The notes beneath the pieces are model-generated. The model was not told the DNA's origin. It saw nothing but the letters and a program-made list of their open reading frames with translations, and ran no database searches. Positions 1 to 11,911 of a DNA stretch of 64,000 nucleotides are shown piece by piece. The first letter of the stretch is position 1, and each line of letters opens with the position of its first letter. The position numbers and the translations under genes were made by a program. Origin of the DNA: Felis catus (lineage: Eukaryota); the NCBI RefSeq assembly GCF_018350175.1, contig NC_058368.1, positions 196,728,001-196,792,000 on the forward strand. The letters run 5' to 3'.

Positions 1-163
1 CACGTGGCCTCTTCTCCGGGGTCTCACTTAACCTTACTTAACCTTACCTCATTAAGGGTCCTGTCCCCAGGTACAGTCACCCTGGGGTTTAGGGCATCAA
101 TACAATAATGGGCAGGGTTTTGGGGCGGGGGGGGGGGTGGGTGGGACGGAATTAAGTCCACAA
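1..163 (-). mobile_element. MaLR (MLT1-type) LTR fragment
   Basis: Resembles a reversed MLT1 terminus (ttacctc..ggtcctgtcccc..tacagtcac..gggggtttaggg..aattaagtcca). Confidence 0.55.
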
Positions 164-324
164 GAGGGAGAAAGGCTCAGTATAGCACCCTCAGGTTAGG
201 AATCTGGCAGGCCTGGGTTGGAAACCTTCACCTCTCTGAGTCTGTTTGCTGTCTGCAAATCTGGGATGATGCACCTAAATCACAAGATCGTTTGAGGATT
301 AAAATGAAATGTAAAGCAGATGAA

Positions 325-485
325 AGCCGGAGCCAGCTTGGAGAGGTATTCAGTGGCATCACAGTGGTGGCGTGAAGTTGGCCACAGTAGGGAAATTTAC
401 ATCACGCAACCTGGAAAATCCTAAAATTCCGGGCTCCTCAGACGACCCCACAGCCGGTTGTTACCCATTTACCAGCAAACCCATG
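325..485. mobile_element. hAT-Blackjack MER63-like remnant
   Basis: Terminal gccggttgttacccatttaccagcaaacc resembles the MER63 end. Confidence 0.45.
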
Positions 486-506
486 AGAAGTAAGGTAGGG
501 TAAGGC

Positions 507-729
507 TTTTTTTTTTTTTTTTTAACGTTTATTTATTTTTGAGACAGAGAGAGACAGAATATGAATGGGGGAGGGTCAGAGAAAGAGAGGGAGACACAGT
601 ATCCGAAACAGGCTCCAGACCCTGAGCTGTCAGCACAGAGCCCGACGTGGGGCCCGGACTCACGAACGGCGAGATCATGACCTGAGCCGAAGTCGGAAGC
701 TTAACCGACTGAGCCACCCAGGGGCCCCC
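507..729 (-). mobile_element. Can-SINE (SINEC_Fc-type)
   Basis: tRNA-derived head, CT tract, A tail; TSD gggtaaggctttt. Confidence 0.95.
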
Positions 730-757
730 TGGGTAAGGCTTTTTAATTGGTGCCGCC

Positions 758-996
758 GGGGGCGCCTGGGTGGCTCAGTTGGTTGAACGTCTGACTTTGG
801 CTCAGCTCATGATCTCAGGGTTCGAGGGTTCGGGCCCCGTGTCAGGCTCTGTGCTGACAGCTCAGGGCCTGGAGCCTGCTTCGGATTCTGTGTCTCCCTC
901 TCTCTCTGCCCCTTCCCCACTCGTGTTCTCTCTCTCTTGCTCTCTCTCGCTCGCTCTCTCAAAAATAAACATTAAAAATAATAATAATAATAATAA
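758..996 (+). mobile_element. Can-SINE
   Basis: ggggcgcctgggtggctcag head, (AAT)n tail; TSD taattggtgc(c/t)gcc. Confidence 0.95.
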
Positions 997-2319
997 TAAT
1001 TGGTGCTGCCAGATAGGCAAATAGAACAAGGAAAAAGAAATACGGTTTGCTATATCTTTCTACATAAAATTGGCAGAGGAAAAGAAAACACTTCTACTAA
1101 AATTTTTGTAGCACACAGTGCAACATGATATGTGGTACCCATTACTCCATGCCTTCCCCACCCCCAAAATCTGACCTCACAGGTCTGAGACCACACTCAG
1201 CTAGATCCCGCCTCTGTGCCTTTGCCCACAACCCTGCCCCCTGAATAGCTCTTTAGACCTGGGCAATCAGGGCCCGCCCTCGCTCTGGGTTTTGCATCTT
1301 AGAGGGCATTGCTTTGGCTCTCCCCCAGACTCCAAATGCCTAAATGGCGCTGAGCCTGTTCCCAGACCCCGTGCAGACCTCCCCCTGCCGCCCCCACTCA
1401 GGTCCATCATCCACAGGACAACAGCACAGCACACACAGGGTACACGTACTCTACTCCTAGGCTCAAGGGGTGACTGAGCAGCTGTCGGCTGCAGGGAAAA
1501 AGGCAGAAGGAGCTTGGACACTCAGCTGGGGGCACCTGCGTGCGTGTGCATGAGACCCCACACTATGCAGGCTGGGAACTTCCATTTGTACTCTTGTCTT
1601 AGCCTCAATAAACCAGCCATTCCATTTCTTCGAGGTTCTAGAACATGCAATTTGGCAGTGGTGATGATTTTCCGAAGCCCAAGGTCCTCAACTCTTCCAG
1701 AGTGGCCCCCACCAACTTAAGCCATAGCCGGCCTTACCCTATAATAATTTTGGGTCACGTTTAATCACGTAAGTCCTTATGACTGCTCTGGTATTGCTCA
1801 AGGTATCTCATGCCATTCCAATAAACCCTTGTATTTCCATAATATTTCCTGATTTTTAGCTTAACGCCACCCTTGGAGGAAAAAGAAGGTGCTACTATTC
1901 CCAGTTAACAGATGGAGAAACTGAGACTCCGAGATGGTAAGTTACTTGCTAAGGGCACAGAGCTACTGACTGCCTATGTCTCCTCCTAACTGGATGATCA
2001 ACTTTTTTTTTGAGGCAGAGATAAGGTCATATTTCTCTGCACTTTGAGGGGTGCTATCGGACAAGAGAAATATGGCTCCTGGACGGGTAAAAATTCGGTG
2101 CGTTTTCACTTGAGTCATAAGAAAATTGAACAGAATCTGACAGCCAGAGTAGGCACCTCCAGGACCTCAGCATTTCTGCCTGTTAGGAATCCAGACTCTG
2201 CAAGAGAAAGGGGGTCCTGCAACCCAGAGGGAAGGAGGGGGGTGCAGCTGAGGGGCAGTGCTGAGCTAACACATGGCTGAGGGGGCTCCAGAGATCATGG
2301 AGTTCATCCTTACAGCAAG

Positions 2320-2781
2320 TGATGTCCCCCAAAGATGCCTACATCCTGATCCCCCAAATCCATGAATGTGTCACCTTACAAGGCAAAAGCATTTTTTACA
2401 GATAGGATTAAGCTAAGGATCTTGAGATGGGAGATTATCCTGGATTATCCGGTGGGCCCAATGTAATCACAGGGTCTTTATAAGAGGGAGGCAGGAGGGT
2501 CAGAGCCACAGAAGGAGGAGCAATGATATAAGTAGAGGTTAGAGCAATGCGACCACAAGCCAAGGAGTGTGGGCAGCCTTTAGCAGCTCGAAAAGGCAAG
2601 GACATGGATTCTGTCCTAGAGCCTCCAGGAAGGAATACGGGCCAGCCAACAGCTAGATTTTAGCCCAGTGAGACCTGTTCTGGACTTCTGACCTCCAGAA
2701 CTAAAAGATAATAAATTTGTATTGCTTGAAGCCATTACGTTAGTGTGAAATGGTTATAGCGGCAATAGAAAAGCTAATACA
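2320..2781 (+). mobile_element. MaLR solo LTR, MLT1D/C-like
   Basis: cccaaagatg..ttaagctaaggatcttgagatgggagattatcctggattatccggtgggcccaatgtaatcacaggg; ends gcaatagaaaagctaataca. Confidence 0.85.
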
Positions 2782-4254
2782 GCCCCCAATCAATGTGTAA
2801 GTAAAGAAACTAAAGCCCAGAAGAAGGAAGTGGCCAGCGGTCCCTCCACTGTGGGCAAAGACCCAAGGAGGGGAAAAGCAAATTCCTCCACCCTCGATGC
2901 GCTTCCTGTCCCAGGGAGAACCCACCTCTCCTGCTCTTTATCATTTAGCCACCTTGATTATCATTTGTAAGGGGGAAATGCAAGATGTTACATAGAAGAA
3001 TATGGACAAATGCTAGTAAGTTCCAGGGAGAAGTTCGGCTCAACAAAAGGAACAGCTAAGCTGTCAGATGTCCAAACGCAATGGGATACCCCGCGGTGGG
3101 AATGAAATGTTCTGTCTCAGGAGGTGCACCGGTAAGTGGGTACAGCATTTTCTGGGGATGCTGAGAGAAGCTTCCTTACTTCGGGAGGAATGTGAAACCA
3201 AAGGATCTCCATAAATTGATGATTTGAGAGGGTTCTAGATTTCTAGACTTTTTACATTGAAAACAAGGCTCTAGATTCCCTCTGAAGTTGTAAAACCTGA
3301 CTCTCCCCTTCAATAAAGTCTTAGACCCCATACCATCTCTCCACACATCCTCAGTTTTCCGGTGTCCCACGGGCTCAGAGAGAAAAGCAGGAAGAAGGAA
3401 AAGCAGGGCTTCCCTTGGGAGCCCTGAATAAACTATCATTTCTAAACAATTATTTTATTACCAGGGAATCTTTCCAGCTGGCCTCACCCAGACACATCTC
3501 CTGAAGCAGGGGAAAAGGCTGGAGGTACAGGATTGCATCTGCGGGCTTTTGAAGCTCTCTGCACAAACACCCCCTCAGGTCCCAGCCCCGCTTCCGTGAA
3601 CTTTACACCCCAGCCCACACCCTTCCCTGCCAGCCAAGCCAGCGTGGGAAATGGGCAGAGGCGTCCAACTGTACAGAAAGAAGCCTGTTGTTTCCTAGCG
3701 TGGGGCAGACTTCCTCCCCTGGCCCAGGAGGATATCCTCGCCGGGGGCCAGGGAGTTGCTAGGACAGCCCTCTGCCCGCTCAATGCGGGGACCGGTCCTC
3801 ATCTCCACACCAGTCATGCCAGGCCTGCACCGTCAGCCAAACGGACTTGGAAAGAAACACAGTGGTTTTGTTTCCTCCTTACGCTCCAGCCACCTCCCTG
3901 CTGCTGGTGGGTAGGTTCACACTCATGTTCTCAAAGTGCAAGCAGAAAACCTGCTTCTCTCTCAGAGTCACTCCGAGAACATCCACCTTCCCAAAGAGGC
4001 CAGCCACCTGATTTGGGGGGAGGGAGCAAGGGGAGGAACAGATAATTCCATCATCTTACACTTGCCTTCAGTGGGATCCAGTGAAATGATGGGTGCTCTG
4101 CAATCAGGACTATAGCGTGCAAACCCGGGTTCTGGGGCCACATACTGTTTCTTTAGGTCAGCTGCAGGCAGAAACCAAGAACGTAACCCACTAACCTCTC
4201 TAGGGTCCAGGAACAGAGCAGATATTTGGCCTGGCCTTGGTTGAGAGATGGTAA

Positions 4255-4495
4255 GAAGGCTAAGATCACACACAGGTTTCGGACTCAGACTGCCTGGTTC
4301 AAATTCCAGCTCTGATACATGGGCTGGCTATGTACTGTCATCAAGCAAGTGACTCAGTTACTTGTGAGCCTCAGTTTCCCCCTATGAAATATGGTACTAC
4401 TAATATTGATCTTGCTATGTAGAATGGACTGCAAAGGATAGTAGTCCTTTGCTATGCAAAGTATGCAAAGTGCTAATTAAGTTGCCTGGCCTACT
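4255..4495 (+). mobile_element. MIR, interrupted near its 3' end by the SINE at 4496
   Basis: cagactgcctggttcaaattccagctctg..gagcctcagtttccc..gcaaagtgct. Confidence 0.7.
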
Positions 4496-4736
4496 GGGGC
4501 GCCTGGGTGGCTCAGTTAATTAAGTATCCGACTTCAGCTCAGGATATCGTCTCACGGTTTGTGGGCTCGAGCCCTGCATAGGGCTCTGTGCTGACAGCGT
4601 AGAGCCTAGAGCCTGCTTCAGATTCTGTGTCTCCCTCTCTCTCTGCCCCTCCTCTGCTCACACCTTGTCTCTGTCTCTCAAAAATAAATAAATGTTAAAA
4701 AAAAAAAAAGCTACAAAAAAATAAAAATAAAAATAA
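4496..4736 (+). mobile_element. Can-SINE
   Basis: Full head/CT/A tail; TSD aa(g/a)ttgcctggccta. Confidence 0.95.
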
Positions 4737-5015
4737 ATTGCCTGGCCTATTAAGACAGAGCTTAATGAGTGCTACCTTTAAGTATATAGATCAGTGGATC
4801 ATTACGTCTCTGCCAGGTCTGTTATTCTGTAGCTAACCTGGTAAAGACACCTCAGTCCATCCTTCTTGATTACCCTGTAACCATATGGATTTAGATTTTC
4901 CAGCTGGTCTCCTTCTTTCAGCCAAGCCCTTTCAGGCCAAAACCAAAATATGGTAGTAATAATAATAATAATAATTGTAATAAATACTTTATTAAACTAA
5001 AAAAAACCCTGAACC
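4735..5015 (+). repeat. Dispersed local duplication, copy 1
   Basis: 4735-4952 aligns by eye to 6238-6453 (about 18 substitutions, one 2-bp indel); similarity continues to cctgaacc. Confidence 0.92.
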
Positions 5016-5030
5016 TGCAATTTGGGTAAG

Positions 5031-5049
5031 CGGCCACTAGGTGGCAGAA
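5031..5049 (+). promoter_or_regulatory. Candidate CTCF site
   Basis: CGGCCACTAGGTGGCAGAA closely fits the CTCF core CCACYAGRKGGCRS. Confidence 0.6.
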
Positions 5050-5706
5050 CTCTGAATGGCAAGGTCTATTATAAAGTCCAAACTTTGCCTAAAGATTCAG
5101 AGGTAAAGTTCTGCTCATGTCGCACAGGCTAGTAATCATGAAATTTCTTCATGCATTCATTAAAAAATATCTTTATTAAAATAAGAGCCTTAAATAAATT
5201 CAGCAATTTATTGGCAGGTCCTGCCAGGTGCTTAATCTCATTTAATCCTAAAAAACAATCCTGCAGAAGCTGACATATTACGGCCACTTTTGGAAGTCAG
5301 GAACTAAAGGCTCAGAGAGTCTCAGTGACCTGCCCAAGGCCACACAGCCTATTATGTCTTAAAGGAAGGATTTCAGGTAAGAATGAGCACCTCTCCCCTT
5401 TCTGCCCTGAGGGTTTGCCCTCAGCTCTGGGTGGCTCCAGTCCCACATGGCCCCGGGCAAGCAGCTCTGGTCTTCATTTTACCATTTACGGTGGACTACC
5501 TCAGTGCCTTCCAGAAGGGAAGTGACACAGGCCAGGCTCATTTGACGCCTCCAGTGTGTCTTCCCTAGTCCAAAGGAGGTCTTCTGTTATTTAATAAATA
5601 GAGGTGAAGAAGAGGGCTCTTCCCTCCTTTTGGCCCATAGGATTCGTTTGCCTTAAAAAGAAATTTCTGAATTACCTTGGGGCATGCCCTTAATACTTCG
5701 CTACCT

Positions 5707-5896
5707 CTTTTCGTTTCTGTTTGTTTTTGAGAGAGAGAGAGGCGGAAGGGGCAAAGGGAGAGGGAGAATTTTAAGCAGGCTCCAAGCAGACCCCAACTCG
5801 GGCCTTGATCTCAAGACCAAGAGACCATCACGAGATCATGACCTGGGCTGAAATCAAGGGGCAGATGCTCAACCGACTGAGCCACCCAGACACCCC
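5707..5896 (-). mobile_element. Can-SINE (older subfamily)
   Basis: Reverse head ..ctcaaccgactgagccacccagacacccc. Confidence 0.9.
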
Positions 5897-6237
5897 TTCC
5901 CTACCTCCTGAATCAAGATTTGACTTGGTTTCCTTCTATCAGATCCCTAGAGGGAAACTCCCTTGCCTGCATTTTTGGCTACCAATAACTCTGATTCCAG
6001 CGTCAAGCGCTTTCCACCTGCTTCTTCTCATGTCTCTCTCCCCCAGCACCCCATCAAGTTGCCATTCTGGTGGGAGGGGAGATAATAAAGCAGTATACAC
6101 AGAAGTGAGTCAGACATCATCCTGAAGCAGTGAAGAAAATAAGCAGGGTGATGCAGCTGAATCAAGGGTGCGTAGGGATGGCCCGGGAAGGTCTCTCTGC
6201 GGGGGCGTTAGAGCCAAGTCTGAAGGAAATTGAAATC

Positions 6238-6720
6238 AAATTGCCTGGCCTATTAAGAAAGAGCTTAATGAGTGGTACCTTGAAGTATATAGATCAGTGG
6301 ATCATTAAGTCTGCCAGGTCTGCTCTTCTGTAGTTAACCTGCTGAAGATACCTTAGCCCATGCTTCTTGGTTACCGTGTAACCATATGGATTTTGATTTT
6401 CCAGCTGGTCTCCTTCTTTCAGCCAACCCCTTTCAAGCCAAAACCAAAATATGATGATAAAAAATAATAATAATTTTTTTTAACGTTTATTTATTTTTGA
6501 GACAGAGAGACACAAAGCATGAACGAGGGAGGAGCAGAGAGGGAGACACAGAATCCGAAACAGGCTCCAGGCTCTGAGCTGTCGGCACAGAGCCCGACAC
6601 GGGGCTCGAACTCACGGGCCGTGAGATCATGACCCGAGCCGAAGTCGGATGCTTAACCGACCGAGCCACCCAGGCGCCCCAATAATAATAATTTTTTAAT
6701 AAGAAAAAAAAACCTGAACC
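6238..6720 (+). repeat. Dispersed local duplication, copy 2 (interrupted by SINE 6474-6680)
   Basis: Direct alignment with 4735-5015. Confidence 0.92.
6474..6680 (-). mobile_element. Can-SINE
   Basis: TSD aataataataatttttt (6463-6479 / 6681-6697). Confidence 0.95.
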
Positions 6721-7405
6721 AAACGGACCTCGTAGGGCCGAGCAGCTCCACCTTCTCATGCTATTTCTACGGCGGCAGCCTGAGGTGCCTCGGCCGCCAT
6801 GCGGACAGCCTGCACCCTCCGTGCCCAGACAGTGTAGACCTAACTGGCCCATCGTTGGACAGGCCGCCCAAGCAGCTCCTCCAGCCACCATATCTCACAG
6901 ATCAGCAGGGGGGTTCTTCCCAGTCAGAGAGCTAGGAGCAACCTAGAGGACCCCAACCCCATGTCTTTGGTTGGACCCCATTGTGCCCCATCAGGCTGGA
7001 AGGGGCCCAAGCTCAGGTCCTGGGGAAAAGCCCCTAAACAGCTCCAATCTCCCTGGTCCCTCCTTCTCTGCACCATTCTTGGGAAGCACCCCACCCAGAA
7101 GGGGAGGAGGGGGCATGAGTGCTTACATTCTAGCCTCTGTCCCGAGGGGAGCCCATCCTCAGGGCTCAGGGCTCAGCCTGGGTCAAATCTGTCAGTCATT
7201 AGTGCAGTGGGGCCTAGAGCGTCATGTTCCCATGCTGGCCGCCTTAGTTTCACCTTATCTTTGTGCCTCTCTACTATTTCTTACCCAGTATCTGTCTTTC
7301 AATCTGTTCACTTTCTCCTTAAGAGTTATCCTTAGGTATACATACTAGCTGTATTTTCTCAAATGTGCACTTAAGTACTTAGCTATTAAAATGAAGTAAC
7401 TTCAG

Positions 7406-7600
7406 AGGGCCTGGGTGGCTCAGTCGGTTAAGCATCCGATTTCGGCTCAGGTCATGATCCCACGGTTCGTGGGTTCAAGCCCCACGTCGGGCTCTCTGCT
7501 GTCAGCGGGAAGCCTGCTTTGGATCCTCTGTCCCACTCTCTCTGCCCCTCCCCACCCCCCTCTCTCTCAAAAATAAACATGAAAAAAATTGTTTTTTTAA
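7406..7600 (+). mobile_element. Can-SINE
   Basis: Head and tail; TSD aaatgaa(g/a)taactt. Confidence 0.93.
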
Positions 7601-7621
7601 ATGAAATAACTTGATTCATGT

Positions 7622-7647
7622 CCCCCCCCCCCCCCCCCCCCCCCCCC
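7622..7647. repeat. C26 homopolymer
   Basis: Direct reading. Confidence 0.95.
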
Positions 7648-8958
7648 AGCCAATTCACCAAGCAGACCACACTTGGGACACTCCTGAGTTCACTCATTCA
7701 CAGGCACTGACCTTATCCCAGCCTCCCGCTCTTGCTGGCCTGGGTTCCTCCCCTGGAAAATTCTGAACAGTAGCATCTGAGGTCTTTCCAACCCAACGCC
7801 TGGTCTCCCTGGATCTGGCACCTTCACCGGCCAAGGATCACGTCATCCTTGTACTGGGGCCAGTCTTGATCCCACCACGAAGTCACAGGTTCCCTACCTT
7901 TAGCCAGCATCCACCAGCCCACCACAGCCTCCATGTTTGACCCAGTCTCCCCTACCTCAGGGTCCTCCCCCCTCGCTCGTCTCCCCCCAACCCTGCTTCT
8001 GTACGTGCACAAGCCTCACAGCCCTGCCCCTGGCCGAGCCCCCCAGCACTCCACTCACGGTCCCCACTCTCCTGGTCCCAGTGCCACCTGCTACCCCAGC
8101 CCCCTCCTCCTGCCTACCAATAAGTGGAAGTATGGGGGTGCTTCTCTGCACTTCAGGGTCCCTGTCTGTACAATGAGGGTGGAAGGACGCAAATAAATTT
8201 TTATTTCAGGCCCGTATGCGGCATTCAGTGTCCATGGAACCACATCCAAACCTTTTCGTGTTTTGACTTTCTTATGTAAAGAATGAAGGGGGCTCTGGCC
8301 AAAAACTGGTCAAAGCCCCAGGAGTAGATGGTCTCTGAAAGCCTTCCAGCTCTCACTCACCTCCTCGGAATCCTCGCATTTGGGACCCAGGGCGCAACTG
8401 GCCTCAGTGAGAGACTTAAAGCCCCCTCATCTCTCCCTGAACCCCAACCTTCTTGACCAACATCTCCTGCAACAAGAAAAGAAAGAGAATCACATCGAGG
8501 GTTCGAGGCCTTCTACTCAACTTAAGAGCCAAAGGGAGTTATTTTTAATAGGAGAAAGAAGGTAAACTTCAAGAGTCACCCCAGGACCCGGGGCCACAGC
8601 GAGCTCTCAACCCCATGGTGGCTCCCCCGGGGAACCCAGAACAGGAATGGCAGGACCAGGGCCAAGGGCCAGAGGGAGGGAGGCTGCAAGGCCAGGGAAA
8701 GGGAGAGGGAGGACCAGAGGGAGGATCGGGAGGGACACAGGACGCTTGGGGGAGAGAGTCCACAGGGAGCCAGAGGACAAAAGAAACAGATTCGGCTCAG
8801 CACCCACATGTCACCAACACTGTCTCCCGGACAAAATAGGGGCCTCCAGAGACACTGAACACCCCGTCCTTCCATGTTTGCAAGCAGCCGCTAAAACGTC
8901 CAAGCCCTGCCTGGGAGGATGTTGGATAAGACGTCCTCTAAAATCTCTTCCATTCCTT

Positions 8959-9159
8959 GGGTCGCCTGGGCGGCCCAGCCGGTTAAGCATCCAACTTCAG
9001 CTCAGGTCATGATCTCATAGTTCGTGAGTTCAATCCCCACAACGGGCTCGCTGCTGTCATCCCAGAGCCTGCTTCAGATCCTCTGTCTCCCTCTCTCCAT
9101 GCCCTTTGCATGCACTCTCTCTCTCTCAAAAATAAATAAAAATTAAAAAAAAAAAAAAA
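8959..9159 (+). mobile_element. Can-SINE
   Basis: TSD ctcttccattcct. Confidence 0.93.
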
Positions 9160-10267
9160 CCTCTTCCATTCCTGAGAGCCTTGGATTCTTCCTCAGGACA
9201 AAAGCAAAGACTGGAGCCTGGGAAGGCAGGGGAGACGGTTAGAGAGAGGCCTCCGTGGGTGAGTCCGGCCAGGATCAGAAGGGAGGCATGCACAGGCCAC
9301 CACTGGGGTCTCCTGACCTAAGTCATCCCATTGCCCCCTGCTTCTCACTGCCCCTGCTTTTTGCACCTGCCCCCTCACATAAGTCCTCACAGGAACTTCC
9401 CAGGAGGACGAGGGTCTAGCCAGACAACAGGATGGGGGGGCAGGCTGAGCTAAGGAGGGAACCGCAGGGTAGAGGAGGCGGAAATCCAAGTTGTGAGAGC
9501 AAAAACAAGCACTCATCGGGGCAGGCGCTGTGCTCTATTCTTGAAGCACAGATATCTCTGGCCCTCACAGTGCCCTGATGAGGGTGGTGGATGAGGAGAC
9601 AGGACAGTGGGGACCCGCAGCCTGTCAAGTTCATGAGCCACGGAAGCAGGATTGGGCCCCAGGCAGTCCCACCCCGGCCCACAAGACCAGAACGGTGCCG
9701 TGGAGTGTGAGGAGGGGCCGGACGCACAGCCAGCTTCAGTCCCTGAACTAATTCACGCAGACGCCCCGTGCTGCTTTAATAACTAGAGCAGCAGGAAGTA
9801 TGCCCAACTCCAGAAGCTTTTCTGCTTCTCCCTACCCGCCCCCCAGTTCAGGGCATGAGCCTTTCCTTTCACCTTTACTTCAAGGATGGTCAGGCTCTCC
9901 TGGAATGCTCAGTGTGCACTGTGGGACCAGGTCAAATGGAATCCTGTTAGACCTCAGGGCAAATTCCAGAAATGACTCCACTCCTCCTCATCTCAAGGGG
10001 CAGTCGGGCAGAGCAGGCCTCGGTCCCTCTTACTTGTGTGGCAGGTACATGAGATCATTAGCAGGGCACTATCTATCACGTCTGCATAGTATCGGGGCTC
10101 CACTTACATTTCACAACACAGTGTACAAGCAGTGTGGGTCCCAAGCGTGTCCCAGATTCCGCACAGCTGCTGCCACTGCCGTGAGGGACAATGGCAACAA
10201 AGCCGGTGACGATGACCACAGGCTGCTGCAGACACATTGGGTCCACTTATCTTTTCATTCTTGCACC

Positions 10268-10496
10268 TTTTTTTTTTTTTTAATTTTTTTTTTCAACGTT
10301 TATTTATTTTTCGGACAGAGAGAGACAGAGCATGAACGGGGGAGGGGCAGAGAGAGAGGGAGACACAGAATTGGAAACAGGCTCCAGGCTCCGAGCCATC
10401 AGCCCAGAGCCTGATGCGGGGCTCGAACTCACGGACCGCGAGATCGTGACCTGGCTGAAGTCGGACGGTCAACCGACTGCGCCACCGAGGCACCCC
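10268..10496 (-). mobile_element. Young Can-SINE (SINEC_Fc-type)
   Basis: ggcgcagtcgg..ttcagccaggtcacg diagnostics; TSD tcttgcaccttttt. Confidence 0.96.
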
Positions 10497-11677
10497 TCTT
10501 GCACCTTTTTGAAAACAGGGTAGGAGGCTCAGAAAAGCCAAGCAATTTGCCTAAGGTCACACAGCATGTTAATCGGCAGAATCCTCAGACCCGGCTACCA
10601 CTGGTTACCATTCAATGCCAAAGTCCTACCCTTGCTGCTAGGGCACTGCTGTTGGGGTGCCCCAAGCTCAAGCTCCACCTCCAGCAATTCTTCTCAGGGA
10701 CTGCAGCCCAGAACCTTCTGCCATCTATACAGCGGTCTTTCCCTCACCGGGCTCATTAGCCTCCACCTGCCGACAGTTTACTCTTTGCTGGTCAGTGTGG
10801 TCTGCTTGCTCACAGCTCTGGGCATGGAGCTGAGCACAGGGCCTGACGCGCCATATGCTGAAGGAATCGACCAGTGGACATCCCTACGGGGTCCTTGACC
10901 ACCGCAGTGTCTCCTGCATGACGCACATGCATCAGTTCAGCAAGGACCGCACCCCTTCTTTGTCCCCACCACAGCTCCTTGCAGGTGGGAGGGGTGTCAT
11001 CCCCCTGGGCGAAGGAGTCTCAAATGGACGACGTGGTAGGAAAGGCCCTGGGTTCAAGTCCCAGCTCTGCCCCTAACGTACTGTCTGACTGAGATGGCTC
11101 AGTGTCTCTGAGCCTCAGTATGCAGGGCAGGGGTGGGTGGCCCCGGGTTTGGGGGAGGCTCTCGGAGGCCAGGCCCTTCACCAATTCCCAAGGAGCAGCC
11201 TAGCGGCCGTCCCACACTGCTGCTGGAAGCATGCCTGGTGGAGGATGTGGGTTATTCCTAACCAAATGCACTTCCTCCAGTTTGTGAGGACAAGGGGAGG
11301 TACAGGAGTTCCATCCTTACGCTGGACTTCCCTTTCCATGCTGCTCACGTTCAACTCTGCTCAGCAGCCGCCTAAGGCCGGTGACTTTCACTGTCCTGGC
11401 CACCAAGCCCTCCTCCCTCCTCACCTGCTTCCCCAGTGGCGGCTGCGGCATACTCCAGGCACCAGGACCCGCACGCACTCCAGCAGGGAGAGACAGTTGT
11501 TTCTCCCTTTTACAAAGAAAGAAAGAGGCAAACGGGACTCAGTTGAGTCTCCTGAGGTTGTGAGTAAGACCGAACCGGCTAAGACAGAAGAAACCACAAA
11601 ATAATCTCAAGCCACATTACCTCCATGAGAAACATTACCTGCCGTCACCAAAACAGTCAGTTAAAAAACTTGAGGCC

Positions 11678-11911
11678 GGGGCGCCTGGGTGGCGCAGTCG
11701 GTTAAGCGTCCGACTTCAGCCAGGTCACAATCTCACGGTCCGTGAGTTCGAGCCCCGCGTCGGGCTCTGGGCTGATGGCTCGGAGCCTGGAGCCTGTTTC
11801 CGATTCTGTGTCTCCCTCTCTCTCTGCCCCTCCCCCGTTCATGCTCTGTCTCTCTCTGTCCCAAAAATAAATAAAAACGTTGGAAAAAAAAAATTAAAAA
11901 AAAAAAAAAAA
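11678..11911 (+). mobile_element. Young Can-SINE (SINEC_Fc-type)
   Basis: Same diagnostics; TSD aaaaaactt(g/a)aggcc. Confidence 0.96.
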
